From: Candidatus Cloacimonadales bacterium
GTDB taxonomy: Bacteria; Cloacimonadota; Cloacimonadia; Cloacimonadales; JAIOQZ01
NCBI GenBank assembly: GCA_963665815.1
Contig: OY762463.1
Location: forward strand, 544,001 to 608,000
Direction: 5' to 3'
Length of the DNA: 64,000 bases
Shown: piece by piece, positions 52,769 to 62,600 of the stretch
How the letters are laid out: each line of letters starts with the position of its first letter
How positions within the stretch are numbered: position 1 is the stretch's first letter
Translations under genes and position numbers: made by a program
The notes under the pieces: model-generated
The model's input: the letters and a program-made list of their open reading frames with translations, nothing else
What the model was told of the DNA's origin: nothing
Databases searched by the model: none

Positions 52769-55606
52769 TTACTCCTTAACAGCGGTAACATAATAGAATT
52801 TCTTAGAGCTGTTTACAGGTGCTGTCCAGCTTGTCCCGGAAAATGTACCCGTTGTATCTTCTGTAAATCCAGCATTTTCCTGATCGGAAGAATAAACTTT
52901 ATAAGATTGAGCAAAAGCAACAGGTTCCCAAGTAATAAGAACATCATTTGCATTGATTGATACTTCAGTATTAACAGGGATATCAAGAGCAGAAACATCA
53001 TACTGCCAACTGAGTATCGGATAACCATTATTAATAGCCGGATCAATATGCCAGACACTGTTGTTCAACGTATCATTGTTTGTATTATAGGCGAAATCCC
53101 AGGCACTTGTTAAACCGGATGACAGTGTATCCGTAAATGTTGCTATGTTTTGCATTTCTGACATAGTTTTCCCTGTACCATGACTACTGGATATTCCAAT
53201 TACCTCATTCTCCTCCCAGAAACAATTTGTTACAATAGCAACACCATTGGCTGCTGGTTCAATAAGACAATCATAATATCCTTCATTACGGGTAGGTATA
53301 CTGGCGGAGTAACAATTATTCAGGATAGAGGTATTATGAGCAAGACCTATCAGTCCGGCTGAATTAGATCCCTCTATAGTATTCACTGTGAAACAGTTTG
53401 ATAGCGTGAGATATGAACCGCCTCCTATTAATCCCCCGATGAAATGACTACCTTTAACATGACAACCACTACAACAATTAATTATTTGACAATTATTAGC
53501 CCCTCCAATAAGACCTCCAACATTATATCTTCCTGATACATATCCATTAGATCCACAATTTTCGATTATAGAATTGCTTGCTTTAGCGACCAATGCACCT
53601 GAAAGAGTTCCACCATTGATATTAATATTGGAAAGCGAAAGGTTTTTTATAACTGCGTAATTAGTTTCACCAAAAACACCACACTTCTGATCTCCAAATA
53701 TCAGGTTCATATTTGAAATTGAATGACCTTTGCCATCGTAATTTCCTTCAAACATCAGCCCACTTACACCAATGGACGAATAGCCAATTCTTGCAAGCCA
53801 TAAACTTACCTGATTAGCATCAATGTCACAAGTTTGTTCAATGTAAGTACCACTACTCCATGTTTGTGAATTATATGCAATCCAATACAGGCAGTTCATA
53901 GAATTAACAATGTAAGGATCATCTTGAGTTCCCATCCCTGTTATATCTGTTACAAAACCTTCATTTTCTCCATAATATATCCCTGTTGAATCAATTGCAT
54001 AAGCTCGAACATAATACTGTGTACAAGATGGTAATAAACCGTTAATTGTAGATGAAAACTGTCCACTGCCTGATCCTAAATCAATGTTATAATCATCAAT
54101 TAACGGATTTATATCTGTGCTAAAGCAGACCCCCTTGTTTGTAATGGCTGCAACTCCGGATTCTGTAGCTTCTCCCCCTATTAATGCACCATTCTGAGTA
54201 TTTGAAGTAACAACAGATGTAACAACCGTAGGTTGTAGAGAAATACTTTCGTTGATTAATGACAAACTATCCATGTTTGATAGAAAACCATAAACAATTC
54301 TATCACTATCAAATACGACATTATCATGTACTTGATTAAACTGCCAATATACCAGCAAAAATCCATCAAATGGATTCGCTACCGAATTCATGTTAGCTCT
54401 AACTTCGTCTATGGATCTTTCAGCTTGCCAAATTCTCACTTCATCAATCTTTCCATCAAAATATGTTGGAGAAGATGAAAAATCAGCTCCTATTGTAATG
54501 TCGCTTGAATTATAATAATTGTCATATGGATTCCCTATTAGAAAAACTTCATTACCATTAACATAAAGTCTCCTCGTGTTACCATTCTTAACTGCGGCTA
54601 TATGCGTCCACTGACCCGCATGCAATATTCCATTTCCTGTAGTCATCCCATTGAAGTTGATTCCGGTATAAGGTGCTGTATTGTTCAATTTCAAGCTAAA
54701 ACCATTACTAATTCCGTCATTATTTGAGATAAGTCCTGCTGAGTTACTGAATGAGTCGGGTTTTATCCATAATTCAATCGTATATCTGGTGGCAACATTA
54801 GTTGTAGAATTATTTCCTATCAATACATAATCATCAATACCATCAAAATCGAGACAATTCCCGGAAAATGGACCGGGAGCTTCCCAATGATCAAAAATTA
54901 TATCAGATGCAATCCAATCAGCATCCGTCATATTATTCAATGTATAGTTTGTAGATCTAACATAATCATATGCCGTATTTCCGGAACTTTCGTTAAACTG
55001 TAGATAACACAAGAAAGCACTATGTATACGTTCCACAGCATGATGTCTATGGTGTATCAATTCATGCTGTGTCCTGACATAACTCCATATCCTTATTTCA
55101 TCCATTTCGCCCTGAAAAAACTGTGTTGCACTTGCTGATGATCTACCAATCGCTAAATTGAAGACTGTATCCTGATTGCCAGGAACACTGCCATAAATAT
55201 ATTCTGTTCCATCAACATAACATCTAACTTCTCCAGGTTCAAAAACAACAGCAACATGAGCCCATTCATTTTCAGTCAAAACAGCATGAGTATTCCAGCC
55301 ATTGCCGCCTATTCCTATAATAATTTCATTTGTTATTGGAGTAATCCAGATCGCTCTGTCCCATCCACCATCATCTGTAGAGAGAATTGCCTGATACTCA
55401 TTATGATTCAACCTTGTAGGTTTCACCCATACTTCCCAGGTTGACACGGGTATAGTAGATGGCTGCACATCTAAATCGGTATATATATAGTCATCATTAC
55501 CATCAAAACTCAAACAATTACCGGCATTGAGATCAACAGCGTTAAGGTGTGTAAGAACAATCAATAGTAACATTAGAAATGTAAATTTTTTCATCATTTT
55601 CTCCAA
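52769..55606 (-). CDS. Secreted protein with two LamG-like domains, GLUG repeats and a short C-terminal beta domain
   Basis: Signal peptide; two L.FDG.DDY / W.H.A / F.G..DE.RIW modules; VGGLIG repeats; N.GYP.L. Confidence 0.85.
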   Translation of the reverse strand: MEKMMKKFTFLMLLLIVLTHLNAVDLNAGNCLSFDGNDDYIYTDLDVQPSTIPVSTWEVWVKPTRLNHNEYQAILSTDDGGWDRAIWITPITNEIIIGIGGNGWNTHAVLTENEWAHVAVVFEPGEVRCYVDGTEYIYGSVPGNQDTVFNLAIGRSSASATQFFQGEMDEIRIWSYVRTQHELIHHRHHAVERIHSAFLCYLQFNESSGNTAYDYVRSTNYTLNNMTDADWIASDIIFDHWEAPGPFSGNCLDFDGIDDYVLIGNNSTTNVATRYTIELWIKPDSFSNSAGLISNNDGISNGFSLKLNNTAPYTGINFNGMTTGNGILHAGQWTHIAAVKNGNTRRLYVNGNEVFLIGNPYDNYYNSSDITIGADFSSSPTYFDGKIDEVRIWQAERSIDEVRANMNSVANPFDGFLLVYWQFNQVHDNVVFDSDRIVYGFLSNMDSLSLINESISLQPTVVTSVVTSNTQNGALIGGEATESGVAAITNKGVCFSTDINPLIDDYNIDLGSGSGQFSSTINGLLPSCTQYYVRAYAIDSTGIYYGENEGFVTDITGMGTQDDPYIVNSMNCLYWIAYNSQTWSSGTYIEQTCDIDANQVSLWLARIGYSSIGVSGLMFEGNYDGKGHSISNMNLIFGDQKCGVFGETNYAVIKNLSLSNININGGTLSGALVAKASNSIIENCGSNGYVSGRYNVGGLIGGANNCQIINCCSGCHVKGSHFIGGLIGGGSYLTLSNCFTVNTIEGSNSAGLIGLAHNTSILNNCYSASIPTRNEGYYDCLIEPAANGVAIVTNCFWEENEVIGISSSHGTGKTMSEMQNIATFTDTLSSGLTSAWDFAYNTNNDTLNNSVWHIDPAINNGYPILSWQYDVSALDIPVNTEVSINANDVLITWEPVAFAQSYKVYSSDQENAGFTEDTTGTFSGTSWTAPVNSSKKFYYVTAVKE

Positions 55607-55857
55607 TTGCAGGTTAAAATAGGTTTAGATCATGCAAAGTTAAAGATTTGATACTAATTGTCAAATAAAAAAAATGGTAAGCAATGATTTTATATATATG
55701 TTCTGACTTTCAAATGAAGATCAGTCAATTTGTCGAAATAATGGATTAATTCAGTAAAATTATAACGAAATCGTATACTTGCTTTTTCTGTAGGAGAATT
55801 GATGTTCTTTTCTTCTTTTCACCATTTCCACGATTAATTCTGTGGTCAACCAAAATC

Positions 55858-55881
55858 CAGGGAGCAGAAAACTGCCCCCTG
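55858..55881 (-). terminator. Possible terminator hairpin after the NFACT-R gene
   Basis: CAGGGAGCAG-AAAA-CTGCCCCCTG; weak T tract. Confidence 0.5.
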
Positions 55882-55886
55882 ATAAA

Positions 55887-56252
55887 TCAGTCTATCCCGG
55901 GTATTACCTTAATTGTCTTTTCTCGTCTGGTTAATACAGAGCCAGGCTTCATTCCGCTTTTTTTACTTACATTGCCTGTCTGAGTATATGTAACGGGTGC
56001 AGATTTGGCTGTTCTGTACTTACTGTGGTAAGCTGCCACCTCGGCTGCTTTGGTTATATCGGATTTCTCAGCATCAGCAGCATTACAAAGTAAAACAACA
56101 TGACTCCCGGGAACCCCCTTAGCATGGAACCAAAGGTTATATGGTTTTGCCACTTTGAATGTCAGATAATCATTATCATAGTCTGTTTTGCCTGCCAACA
56201 CTATGTGACCGTTCTCAGTCTTATACTCCCAGTATTTGCATTTGATTTCCAT
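55887..56252 (-). CDS. Stand-alone NFACT RNA-binding domain protein (DUF814)
   Basis: GK....ND.LT, WFHAKGVPGSHVVL, AA..AA.HSK, V.K.....PGSV. Confidence 0.88.
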   Translation of the reverse strand: MEIKCKYWEYKTENGHIVLAGKTDYDNDYLTFKVAKPYNLWFHAKGVPGSHVVLLCNAADAEKSDITKAAEVAAYHSKYRTAKSAPVTYTQTGNVSKKSGMKPGSVLTRREKTIKVIPGID

Positions 56253-56314
56253 TTTTCCTCATTTCTTTATCAGTGATCTCAAACTGTCTACTCTGACAGT
56301 TTAAAATTTTCCAA

Positions 56315-56650
56315 TTATGTGACAAAATTATTCTCCTCAATTGAGTCAATAAGTTCCTCAACATCATGTAAAGAATGAATGATATGATTCACGATGTCAA
56401 TTCTTTCATCCTTAACAGCCCTGATTTCCTGATCATAATGATGCCTTTCCGTATTGTTTTCTGTTATCTGTGACTGGCTCCAGAACTTTTTCTCTCTTAT
56501 TACTGCCAGATATTTACCAAAATCAATTGATGCATGTTCCTCATAAATAGGAATCCTGATATTCAGTCTGTTTCTGTATTTAACTACCCTTAATTTAAGT
56601 TTAGTTAACAGATCTTTCCTGATATTAACCTGAATTAACTCTTTCGTCAT
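56315..56650 (-). CDS. Hypothetical protein
   Basis: 111-aa ORF coupled (TAATG) to the upstream HTH gene. Confidence 0.65.
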   Translation of the reverse strand: MTKELIQVNIRKDLLTKLKLRVVKYRNRLNIRIPIYEEHASIDFGKYLAVIREKKFWSQSQITENNTERHHYDQEIRAVKDERIDIVNHIIHSLHDVEELIDSIEENNFVT

Positions 56651-56844
56651 TATTCCTTCCCCGATTCAAGATTAAAAAAATAAATTGATGCTCTGGTTCT
56701 TAAAGGTAAAGCTTTTACTCTCTGATTCTCTACAAGGGAAAGCCAAGTACGGCTGATATTCAATTCTTCAGAAAGCTGCTTCATGCTAATGTTGTGTAAA
56801 ATCCTCTTAATCCTTACTTCTTTGCCTGTCAATATTCTCATCAT
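56650..56844 (-). CDS. Small XRE/Cro-like HTH protein
   Basis: RILHNISMKQLSEELNISRTWLSLVEN; RBS GGAGG. Confidence 0.8.
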   Translation of the reverse strand: MMRILTGKEVRIKRILHNISMKQLSEELNISRTWLSLVENQRVKALPLRTRASIYFFNLESGKE

Positions 56845-56878
56845 TCCTCCACAAAATATTTTAGTTTGAAAAAAGTAT

Positions 56879-56907
56879 TTGACAATTAACATAAATTAAT
56901 ATATATT
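56879..56907 (+). promoter_or_regulatory. Sigma70-like promoter toward the XRE repressor
   Basis: TTGACA-N17-TATATT. Confidence 0.7.
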
Positions 56908-56927
56908 AATCAACGATAACTAAGAGT

Positions 56928-56956
56928 CTTATATTTAACTTTAATTAAATTGTCAA
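56928..56956 (-). promoter_or_regulatory. Sigma70-like promoter toward the Cro-like gene
   Basis: Minus strand TTGACA-N17-TATAAG. Confidence 0.6.
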
Positions 56957-56987
56957 GAATATATTTTACTTTTATTAAGGAAGTGTA

Positions 56988-57422
56988 ATGATAGGTGATA
57001 GATTTAAAGAACTACGTAGTACGCTTAACATGCGTCAATCAGACTTTGCAGCTAAGCTTGGAGTATCTTCTGCTGCACTTTCGAAAATCGAAAATAATCT
57101 AACCGTAAACCCCAGAACTGAAATAGTGAATTCTTTAATTCATGAGTTCAAAGTTAACATGGAATGGCTTTTTTCGGGTACAGGAGAAATGTTTACTAAT
57201 TCTGAAATACATGAGGATAATGGTACTATTGAAGAGTACAGACAGAAAACCATGGAACTTCAGGAAGAACTCTCAAATGTACAAAAAAAACTGATCAGCG
57301 AAATTGAAGAAAACAAGCTTATGAGAAAAGAGTTTAACAGCAAACTGCGCGAAATTGTGAAAAGCATCAAAAAAGGTGAAATAGATATAGAACGACTGCT
57401 CAGTCTTAGTTTTCTGGATTAA
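56988..57422 (+). CDS. XRE-family (CI-like) transcriptional regulator with coiled-coil C-terminus
   Basis: IGDRFKELR..LNMRQSDFAAKLGVS.AALSKIEN, VNMEWLFSGTGEMF. Confidence 0.9.
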   Translation: MIGDRFKELRSTLNMRQSDFAAKLGVSSAALSKIENNLTVNPRTEIVNSLIHEFKVNMEWLFSGTGEMFTNSEIHEDNGTIEEYRQKTMELQEELSNVQKKLISEIEENKLMRKEFNSKLREIVKSIKKGEIDIERLLSLSFLD

Positions 57423-57424
57423 AT

Positions 57425-59539
57425 CTATAAACTGACTTTGAGACTGACAGATCCCGCAAATGTTGTTCCGGGTTGAGGTTCATGACTCTGGATTTCGTAT
57501 TCGGTGTTGAGGATATTATCTACAGAAAGGTTGCAATTAACAATGTACCTCTTCCCTGCTTCTATTCTATATGAAATAATGGCATTCAAAAGTTCGTAAG
57601 GTGTGATAACTCCATTAAGATTGTCATTGGTTTTCCATTGTCTGCCGAAGCGTTCCCAGTATAAACCTGATTCAAGATTTGTAATTTTGCATTTCAGAGA
57701 AAGTCTGGTCTCGGAAGAAAAGATATTCGGAATATTCTTATCATAATGATCAGAGCCATCTGTTTTGTTAACTGCGAAGTTTCGTTTCCAGTCAAAACCT
57801 GCAGAAAAACCATATGGGAGTTTCTGCGTTATATTTATGTGCCAGATTTCATATTCAGCATCAGCAATATTACCAGTTGTCCAGGAATTCAGAGATTTAT
57901 ACCAGAATATCATATCCTTTAACTCTGATTTCTGTAATTCTACTGTAAACTCAGTATATTGCATTTTTATTCTAAGGAAAGTATTGATTCCGGTAAGTTT
58001 CTCTTCTTTTAAATCAGGATTACCTTTTACTCTTGAATCTCCTTTCCAGTAAAGTTCATAAAATGAAGGCACAGTGTATGCCTGTCCATAGTTTACACCT
58101 GAATGAACTCCGAATAAATCCGGAAAATCTTTGCTTAGCTCAATACTACCACTATAGTTTAAATATCTACTGTCATTTTCAAAGGCATAACCCGAGCTGA
58201 TTTCCCCCTTGATACTCCCAATGGATTTTACTTCAAATGTCATAAGGGTGTCTGATCTGCTAAGGTTTATGTATTCTCCCAGTTTCTGCATTGTCAGTGA
58301 CTCTGAATTTTTAAAGACCGGAATTGTTAAATCCTGCTGTTTATAATACTCGTTTGTGTAGTTTGCAACTTGACTGATTTTCAGGTATTTAATATCAATT
58401 TCAGTATTGAATCTAATGTCATTTTTCCTGTATTTTTCTTTTGTAAGACTTCGGGAAGCAGGCACTTTTGAAGCCATATTATCGTATCTCGTATGTTGAT
58501 CTGAGAATAAATATGACAAGGTGCAAACACTTTTCCCAAAAGAATCTCTATAGCTTAATAGGTAATTTCCATTGTGACCGGATAGTCTGCTATTCTCATA
58601 CTTGGTTACATTGGTGACTGCTCCGGGAGTACCTCTCTCAAACTCATTGTAAAATGCTGTAATCCCAAATTTTTGGGTTTTCAATGCTCCGGAAAAAGTA
58701 TACTCTTCTATGTCATTATTGCTTCTTTCGTGAGTGACATCTTGAAGATTGATATAATCAAAATTGTTTTTCCCCGTGTTGTATTCCCCTGATATAACCG
58801 AACTGAACATTGAGTTACTGGTGCTTAAATGAAGCTTTTCAGTATAGTTTTTGAATGAACCCATTGAAGTAGTCGCAGTCAATGATGATTTACCTGAAGT
58901 ACTTTTAGATCTTGTTTTTATAGAAATTATTCCACCTGCTGCACCGGAAGAATATGTAGAATTCCCTTCCAGTATATCAATGCTTTCAACTATGTTAAGG
59001 GGAATTGCCGAAAGATCATATGCCTGACCTGATTTGTTCAGGGGAACACCATCCAGAAGTATCAAAGTATGCTTTGCAGATTTTCCCTTAAGAGATACTT
59101 TCTGCTCTCCTCCATCTGTGAATTTGTTTCCTTTCACATAAATTCCGGCTGAATCTTTTAGAAGAGTCTCCAAAGTACTGTTTTCTCTATCATTGTCATT
59201 GAGCTCAATAGACTTTACATTTCCAGCATCAATGTAAGAACTCTTATTTCGTGATTCGACAACTTTTATTTGTTTTCCTTTCAGCGCATTGCTTTTCAAC
59301 GATACTGTACGAGGAACCGGTTTAAAAACTGCGGACTCGAAACCCAGCTTAATTATTGTTACCGAATCCGGTTTTGCCTGAAAACGTACAATTCCTTTTT
59401 CATTTGTCAGATATATTTTTCCCAAATAGATAACAGCGGCGTTTTCTACAGGTTTATTATCTGAATCATATACTGCTAAATTAAAAGCACCGGCATAAAT
59501 GGGAATTACAAGGATAAGGAATAAAAGTAGTGTTTTCAT
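57425..59539 (-). CDS. TonB-dependent receptor (BtuB/heme-receptor-like)
   Basis: Plug motifs LILLDGVPL, IP..IVESIDILEG, GGIISI.T; GNPDLKEE; DNILNTEY..PG. Confidence 0.88.
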   Translation of the reverse strand: MKTLLLFLILVIPIYAGAFNLAVYDSDNKPVENAAVIYLGKIYLTNEKGIVRFQAKPDSVTIIKLGFESAVFKPVPRTVSLKSNALKGKQIKVVESRNKSSYIDAGNVKSIELNDNDRENSTLETLLKDSAGIYVKGNKFTDGGEQKVSLKGKSAKHTLILLDGVPLNKSGQAYDLSAIPLNIVESIDILEGNSTYSSGAAGGIISIKTRSKSTSGKSSLTATTSMGSFKNYTEKLHLSTSNSMFSSVISGEYNTGKNNFDYINLQDVTHERSNNDIEEYTFSGALKTQKFGITAFYNEFERGTPGAVTNVTKYENSRLSGHNGNYLLSYRDSFGKSVCTLSYLFSDQHTRYDNMASKVPASRSLTKEKYRKNDIRFNTEIDIKYLKISQVANYTNEYYKQQDLTIPVFKNSESLTMQKLGEYINLSRSDTLMTFEVKSIGSIKGEISSGYAFENDSRYLNYSGSIELSKDFPDLFGVHSGVNYGQAYTVPSFYELYWKGDSRVKGNPDLKEEKLTGINTFLRIKMQYTEFTVELQKSELKDMIFWYKSLNSWTTGNIADAEYEIWHINITQKLPYGFSAGFDWKRNFAVNKTDGSDHYDKNIPNIFSSETRLSLKCKITNLESGLYWERFGRQWKTNDNLNGVITPYELLNAIISYRIEAGKRYIVNCNLSVDNILNTEYEIQSHEPQPGTTFAGSVSLKVSL

Positions 59540-60315
59540 TATTTATATAGGACATGCGGAATATTGGAATCTTTGTAATTCATAATATTGATATTATGGT
59601 CGTACAAAGTTTTAAGATTTTCACTGTTTATAACTGAAGCAGGAGAACCATCTGCAATTATCGATCCTTTTTTTAACATGATGATACGATCACAATATGA
59701 AGATGCCAGATTGATATTATGGGAAACAAGAATAATAAGCATGTTTCGTTCTTTCTTAAGTTTTTTCAGCAAGTTCATCAGTTCGATCTGGTGATTGAGA
59801 TCCAGATTGGAAAAGCTTTCATCCATCAGCAGGATTGGAGTTTTCTGAATTAGTGATCTGGCAATAGATACTCTCTGTTTTTCTCCACCGGAAAGAGATC
59901 TGTAAAAGTCCTTTCTCTTATGAGTCAGTTCAAGTCTGCTGAGTACTTCTTCAACATCATCTTGAATATCATTATCATTAAGCTGAAACAAACTGCTGTG
60001 TGGATAATTACCCATTATTATAAGATCTTCCACAAGATAACTGAATTGAGGAAAAAATTCCTGAGGAATTATTGAAATTTGCTTTGCCAACTCTTTTCTT
60101 TTCCATTTAGCAACGGATTTTTCAAAAACGTCTACCCCGCCGGATGTAGTTGGAATTGTACCAATAAGGGTGTGCAGCAAAGTTGTCTTACCACTTCCGT
60201 TAGGACCGATAATTCCAACAAAGCTGTTTAAAGTGAAGTCCAGATTCAGATCCTTCAACACAATTTTATCAGGATATCCGGCTGTAACGTTGTTGACTTT
60301 CAAACATTTTTGCAT
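59539..60315 (-). CDS. Iron-chelate/cobalamin ABC transporter ATP-binding protein
   Basis: GPNGSGKT, LSGGEKQRV, MDE..SNLDL.HQ, SHNINLA..YCD. Confidence 0.9.
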   Translation of the reverse strand: MQKCLKVNNVTAGYPDKIVLKDLNLDFTLNSFVGIIGPNGSGKTTLLHTLIGTIPTTSGGVDVFEKSVAKWKRKELAKQISIIPQEFFPQFSYLVEDLIIMGNYPHSSLFQLNDNDIQDDVEEVLSRLELTHKRKDFYRSLSGGEKQRVSIARSLIQKTPILLMDESFSNLDLNHQIELMNLLKKLKKERNMLIILVSHNINLASSYCDRIIMLKKGSIIADGSPASVINSENLKTLYDHNINIMNYKDSNIPHVLYK

Positions 60316-60468
60316 AAGCCAATAAATTGAAGATGTGAAAAAGTTACAAGTTTTAAATCAGAACTTGCAAAAACAGCATTTATGTATTATAGTTTTTTTG
60401 AGACAAAAATCATTGACTTTTATGATAGAAAGCTTGGTCTTGGTTACTTAGAAAAAAAAGGATTAATT

Positions 60469-61638
60469 ATGAACAGAATATATATGAATAATTGTGTGAC
60501 AACCAGAATAGACGATGAAGTTCTGGATCACATGATTCCTTACATGAAGGAGAGTTTTTACTTTCCTGCCAACTTTATTAAAACAGGTGAAGAGGCCAAC
60601 GATATGATAGCTGCTGCCAAACAAGCAATTGCAAAAACAATCAATGCAGATGCAAATGAAATACACTTTACTAAAGGTGGAACATCAGCAAACAATCTGG
60701 CAATAAAGGGTTTCCTCACAGCAAATGCATCTAAGGGAACACACATAATCTGCTCAGTTGTAGATTATCCTGATATTCTCACAAACGCATCTTTCTTTGA
60801 AAGCAGTGGATTTGATGTATCATACATTTCTTGTGATGACAAAGGATTCATTAACCTGGATGAACTTAAAGAAGCAATTAGAGAAGACACTGTCCTGTTT
60901 ATGACCACTCTTGCCAATCATACCTCAGGAACAATCCAACCGATTGCGAAAATCAGAGAAATTCTCGATACTGCGGATCATAGAATATACTTCCATGTGG
61001 ATGCTTGTCAGGCATACGGAAAAATTGATATTGATGTCAACGATCCTAAGATTGATATGATGTCATTATCAGCACATAAAATACACGGACCTCAGGGAGT
61101 CGGTGCATTATATCAACGAAAAGGTGTTGTGCTAGGTCAGATGCATCATGGGATTTCCAGAATAGATAATCTTGAGAACGGTGGCATAAGCATAGCAGGG
61201 ATTGCCGGTTTCCATAAAGCCGTGGAAGTGTTGTTCAGGGACATAGAAGGATACAGAAACCATCTTAAGGAAATGTCTGATTACCTGTTCAGCAAAGTTA
61301 AGAATGACATTCCTTATATTCTTATTAATGGTCCTGAAGGAGATGAAAGAATTCTCCATAATGTGAATATCTCTTTCGATTATATTGAAGGAGAAGCTAT
61401 CATGATGATGCTTGATATTCAGGATATTATAGTAGCTACAGGTTCTGCCTGTGCTTCTCAGGGTCTCAAACCTAATTATATTCTGATGGCAATGGGAAGA
61501 TCCCATGAACAATCACATGGTTCAATCAAATTTACACTTAGCAAATATACAACCAAAGAAGAAATAGACCGAACAGTTTCCAGCCTGGCTGAAATTGTTG
61601 AAAAATTGAGATTAAGAAGTCCTCTTTACAATAAGTAA
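60469..61638 (+). CDS. iscS: Cysteine desulfurase family protein (divergent IscS/NifS-like)
   Basis: HVDACQ, SAHKIHGP.G.G, TGSACAS; several active-site substitutions. Confidence 0.8.
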   Translation: MNRIYMNNCVTTRIDDEVLDHMIPYMKESFYFPANFIKTGEEANDMIAAAKQAIAKTINADANEIHFTKGGTSANNLAIKGFLTANASKGTHIICSVVDYPDILTNASFFESSGFDVSYISCDDKGFINLDELKEAIREDTVLFMTTLANHTSGTIQPIAKIREILDTADHRIYFHVDACQAYGKIDIDVNDPKIDMMSLSAHKIHGPQGVGALYQRKGVVLGQMHHGISRIDNLENGGISIAGIAGFHKAVEVLFRDIEGYRNHLKEMSDYLFSKVKNDIPYILINGPEGDERILHNVNISFDYIEGEAIMMMLDIQDIIVATGSACASQGLKPNYILMAMGRSHEQSHGSIKFTLSKYTTKEEIDRTVSSLAEIVEKLRLRSPLYNK

Positions 61639-61654
61639 ATAACAGGGAGATAAT

Positions 61655-62275
61655 ATGCAGTATTCACAGAAAGTCTTAGATCACTTCATGAATCCTCATA
61701 ATGTTGGTAAACTTGAACATGCAGATATCATTGCTACAGAAGGTTCACCGGCTTGTGGAGATCAGGTTACATTGTACTTAAAAATAAATGATGATACAAA
61801 AGTCATAGAAGATATATCTTTTCAGTCATACGGATGCGCTTCCAATATCGCAACCGGATCAATTATAACCGACCTTGCCAAAGGCAAAACACTTGATGAA
61901 GCAAAAAACATTACATGGAAGGATGCTGCCGCAGAACTTGATGGACTCCCTCCTCAAAAAATGCACTGCTCAGTTCTGGCAGTTGATACTCTTATGACTG
62001 CAATTAAGCAATATGAGATTGAGCATAGTTTATCTGAGAAGGATGTGTTTTCTAAGGATCAGATTATCGAAGAGCTTCATAAAATCATTTACCCTAAAGT
62101 AGGTGAAGATATTATTGCTCTGAAAATGGTGAAATATGTTGGTTTTGATCATGGTGTAGCAACAATTGATATTGAGATTCCGAAGTTTGATACATACCGT
62201 GATAATGTAGCAGAAGAAATTAGAGAACACCTCGAAAAATTCCCGGAAATCAAAGATATTAAGATAAATATGTAA
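61655..62275 (+). CDS. iscU: Fe-S scaffold IscU/NifU-N fused to a DUF59/SufT-like domain
   Basis: YS.KVLDHF.NP.NVG, CGD, GC, LPPQKMHC; C-terminal IIEELHKIIYPKVGEDIIALKMV. Confidence 0.88.
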   Translation: MQYSQKVLDHFMNPHNVGKLEHADIIATEGSPACGDQVTLYLKINDDTKVIEDISFQSYGCASNIATGSIITDLAKGKTLDEAKNITWKDAAAELDGLPPQKMHCSVLAVDTLMTAIKQYEIEHSLSEKDVFSKDQIIEELHKIIYPKVGEDIIALKMVKYVGFDHGVATIDIEIPKFDTYRDNVAEEIREHLEKFPEIKDIKINM

Positions 62276-62282
62276 ATTTTGT

Positions 62283-62309
62283 TAAAGTTTATTTATGATT
62301 GTTCGATAT
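62283..62309 (+). promoter_or_regulatory. Sigma28 (FliA/SigD)-like promoter
   Basis: TAAAGTTT-N11-TTCGATAT versus consensus TAAAGTTT-N11-GCCGATAA. Confidence 0.6.
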
Positions 62310-62337
62310 TGTATTGAAAACAATATTGGAGGATACG

Positions 62338-62583
62338 ATGATAATATCAGGAGTAAGTTCACTAGCCAATGCCTACACAGCAGGCTCAGTAACTAATAAC
62401 ACTAATAATACAGATTCTGTTAAAGAAAACGATGGAGCTGTAAAACTAGAAGATAAAGAAGAAGAAGAAGTTGATTATGCTAATGAAGATGTTGAAGATG
62501 TAGATCCTTATAACTATCATAACCCAAAGCCTCAGAAAATTCTTTCTGCTGCCGGTAACGAGCAAATCGATATTCTTTTGTAG
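62338..62583 (+). CDS. Small acidic hypothetical protein
   Basis: RBS GGAGG before ATG 62338; followed by a terminator. Confidence 0.75.
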   Translation: MIISGVSSLANAYTAGSVTNNTNNTDSVKENDGAVKLEDKEEEEVDYANEDVEDVDPYNYHNPKPQKILSAAGNEQIDILL

Positions 62584-62600
62584 AGTGGTCTTAATTTAAT

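Noticed and set aside
55887-57422. Intact prophage
   Set aside because: No integrase, terminase, capsid, tail or att sites; only the regulatory pair is present
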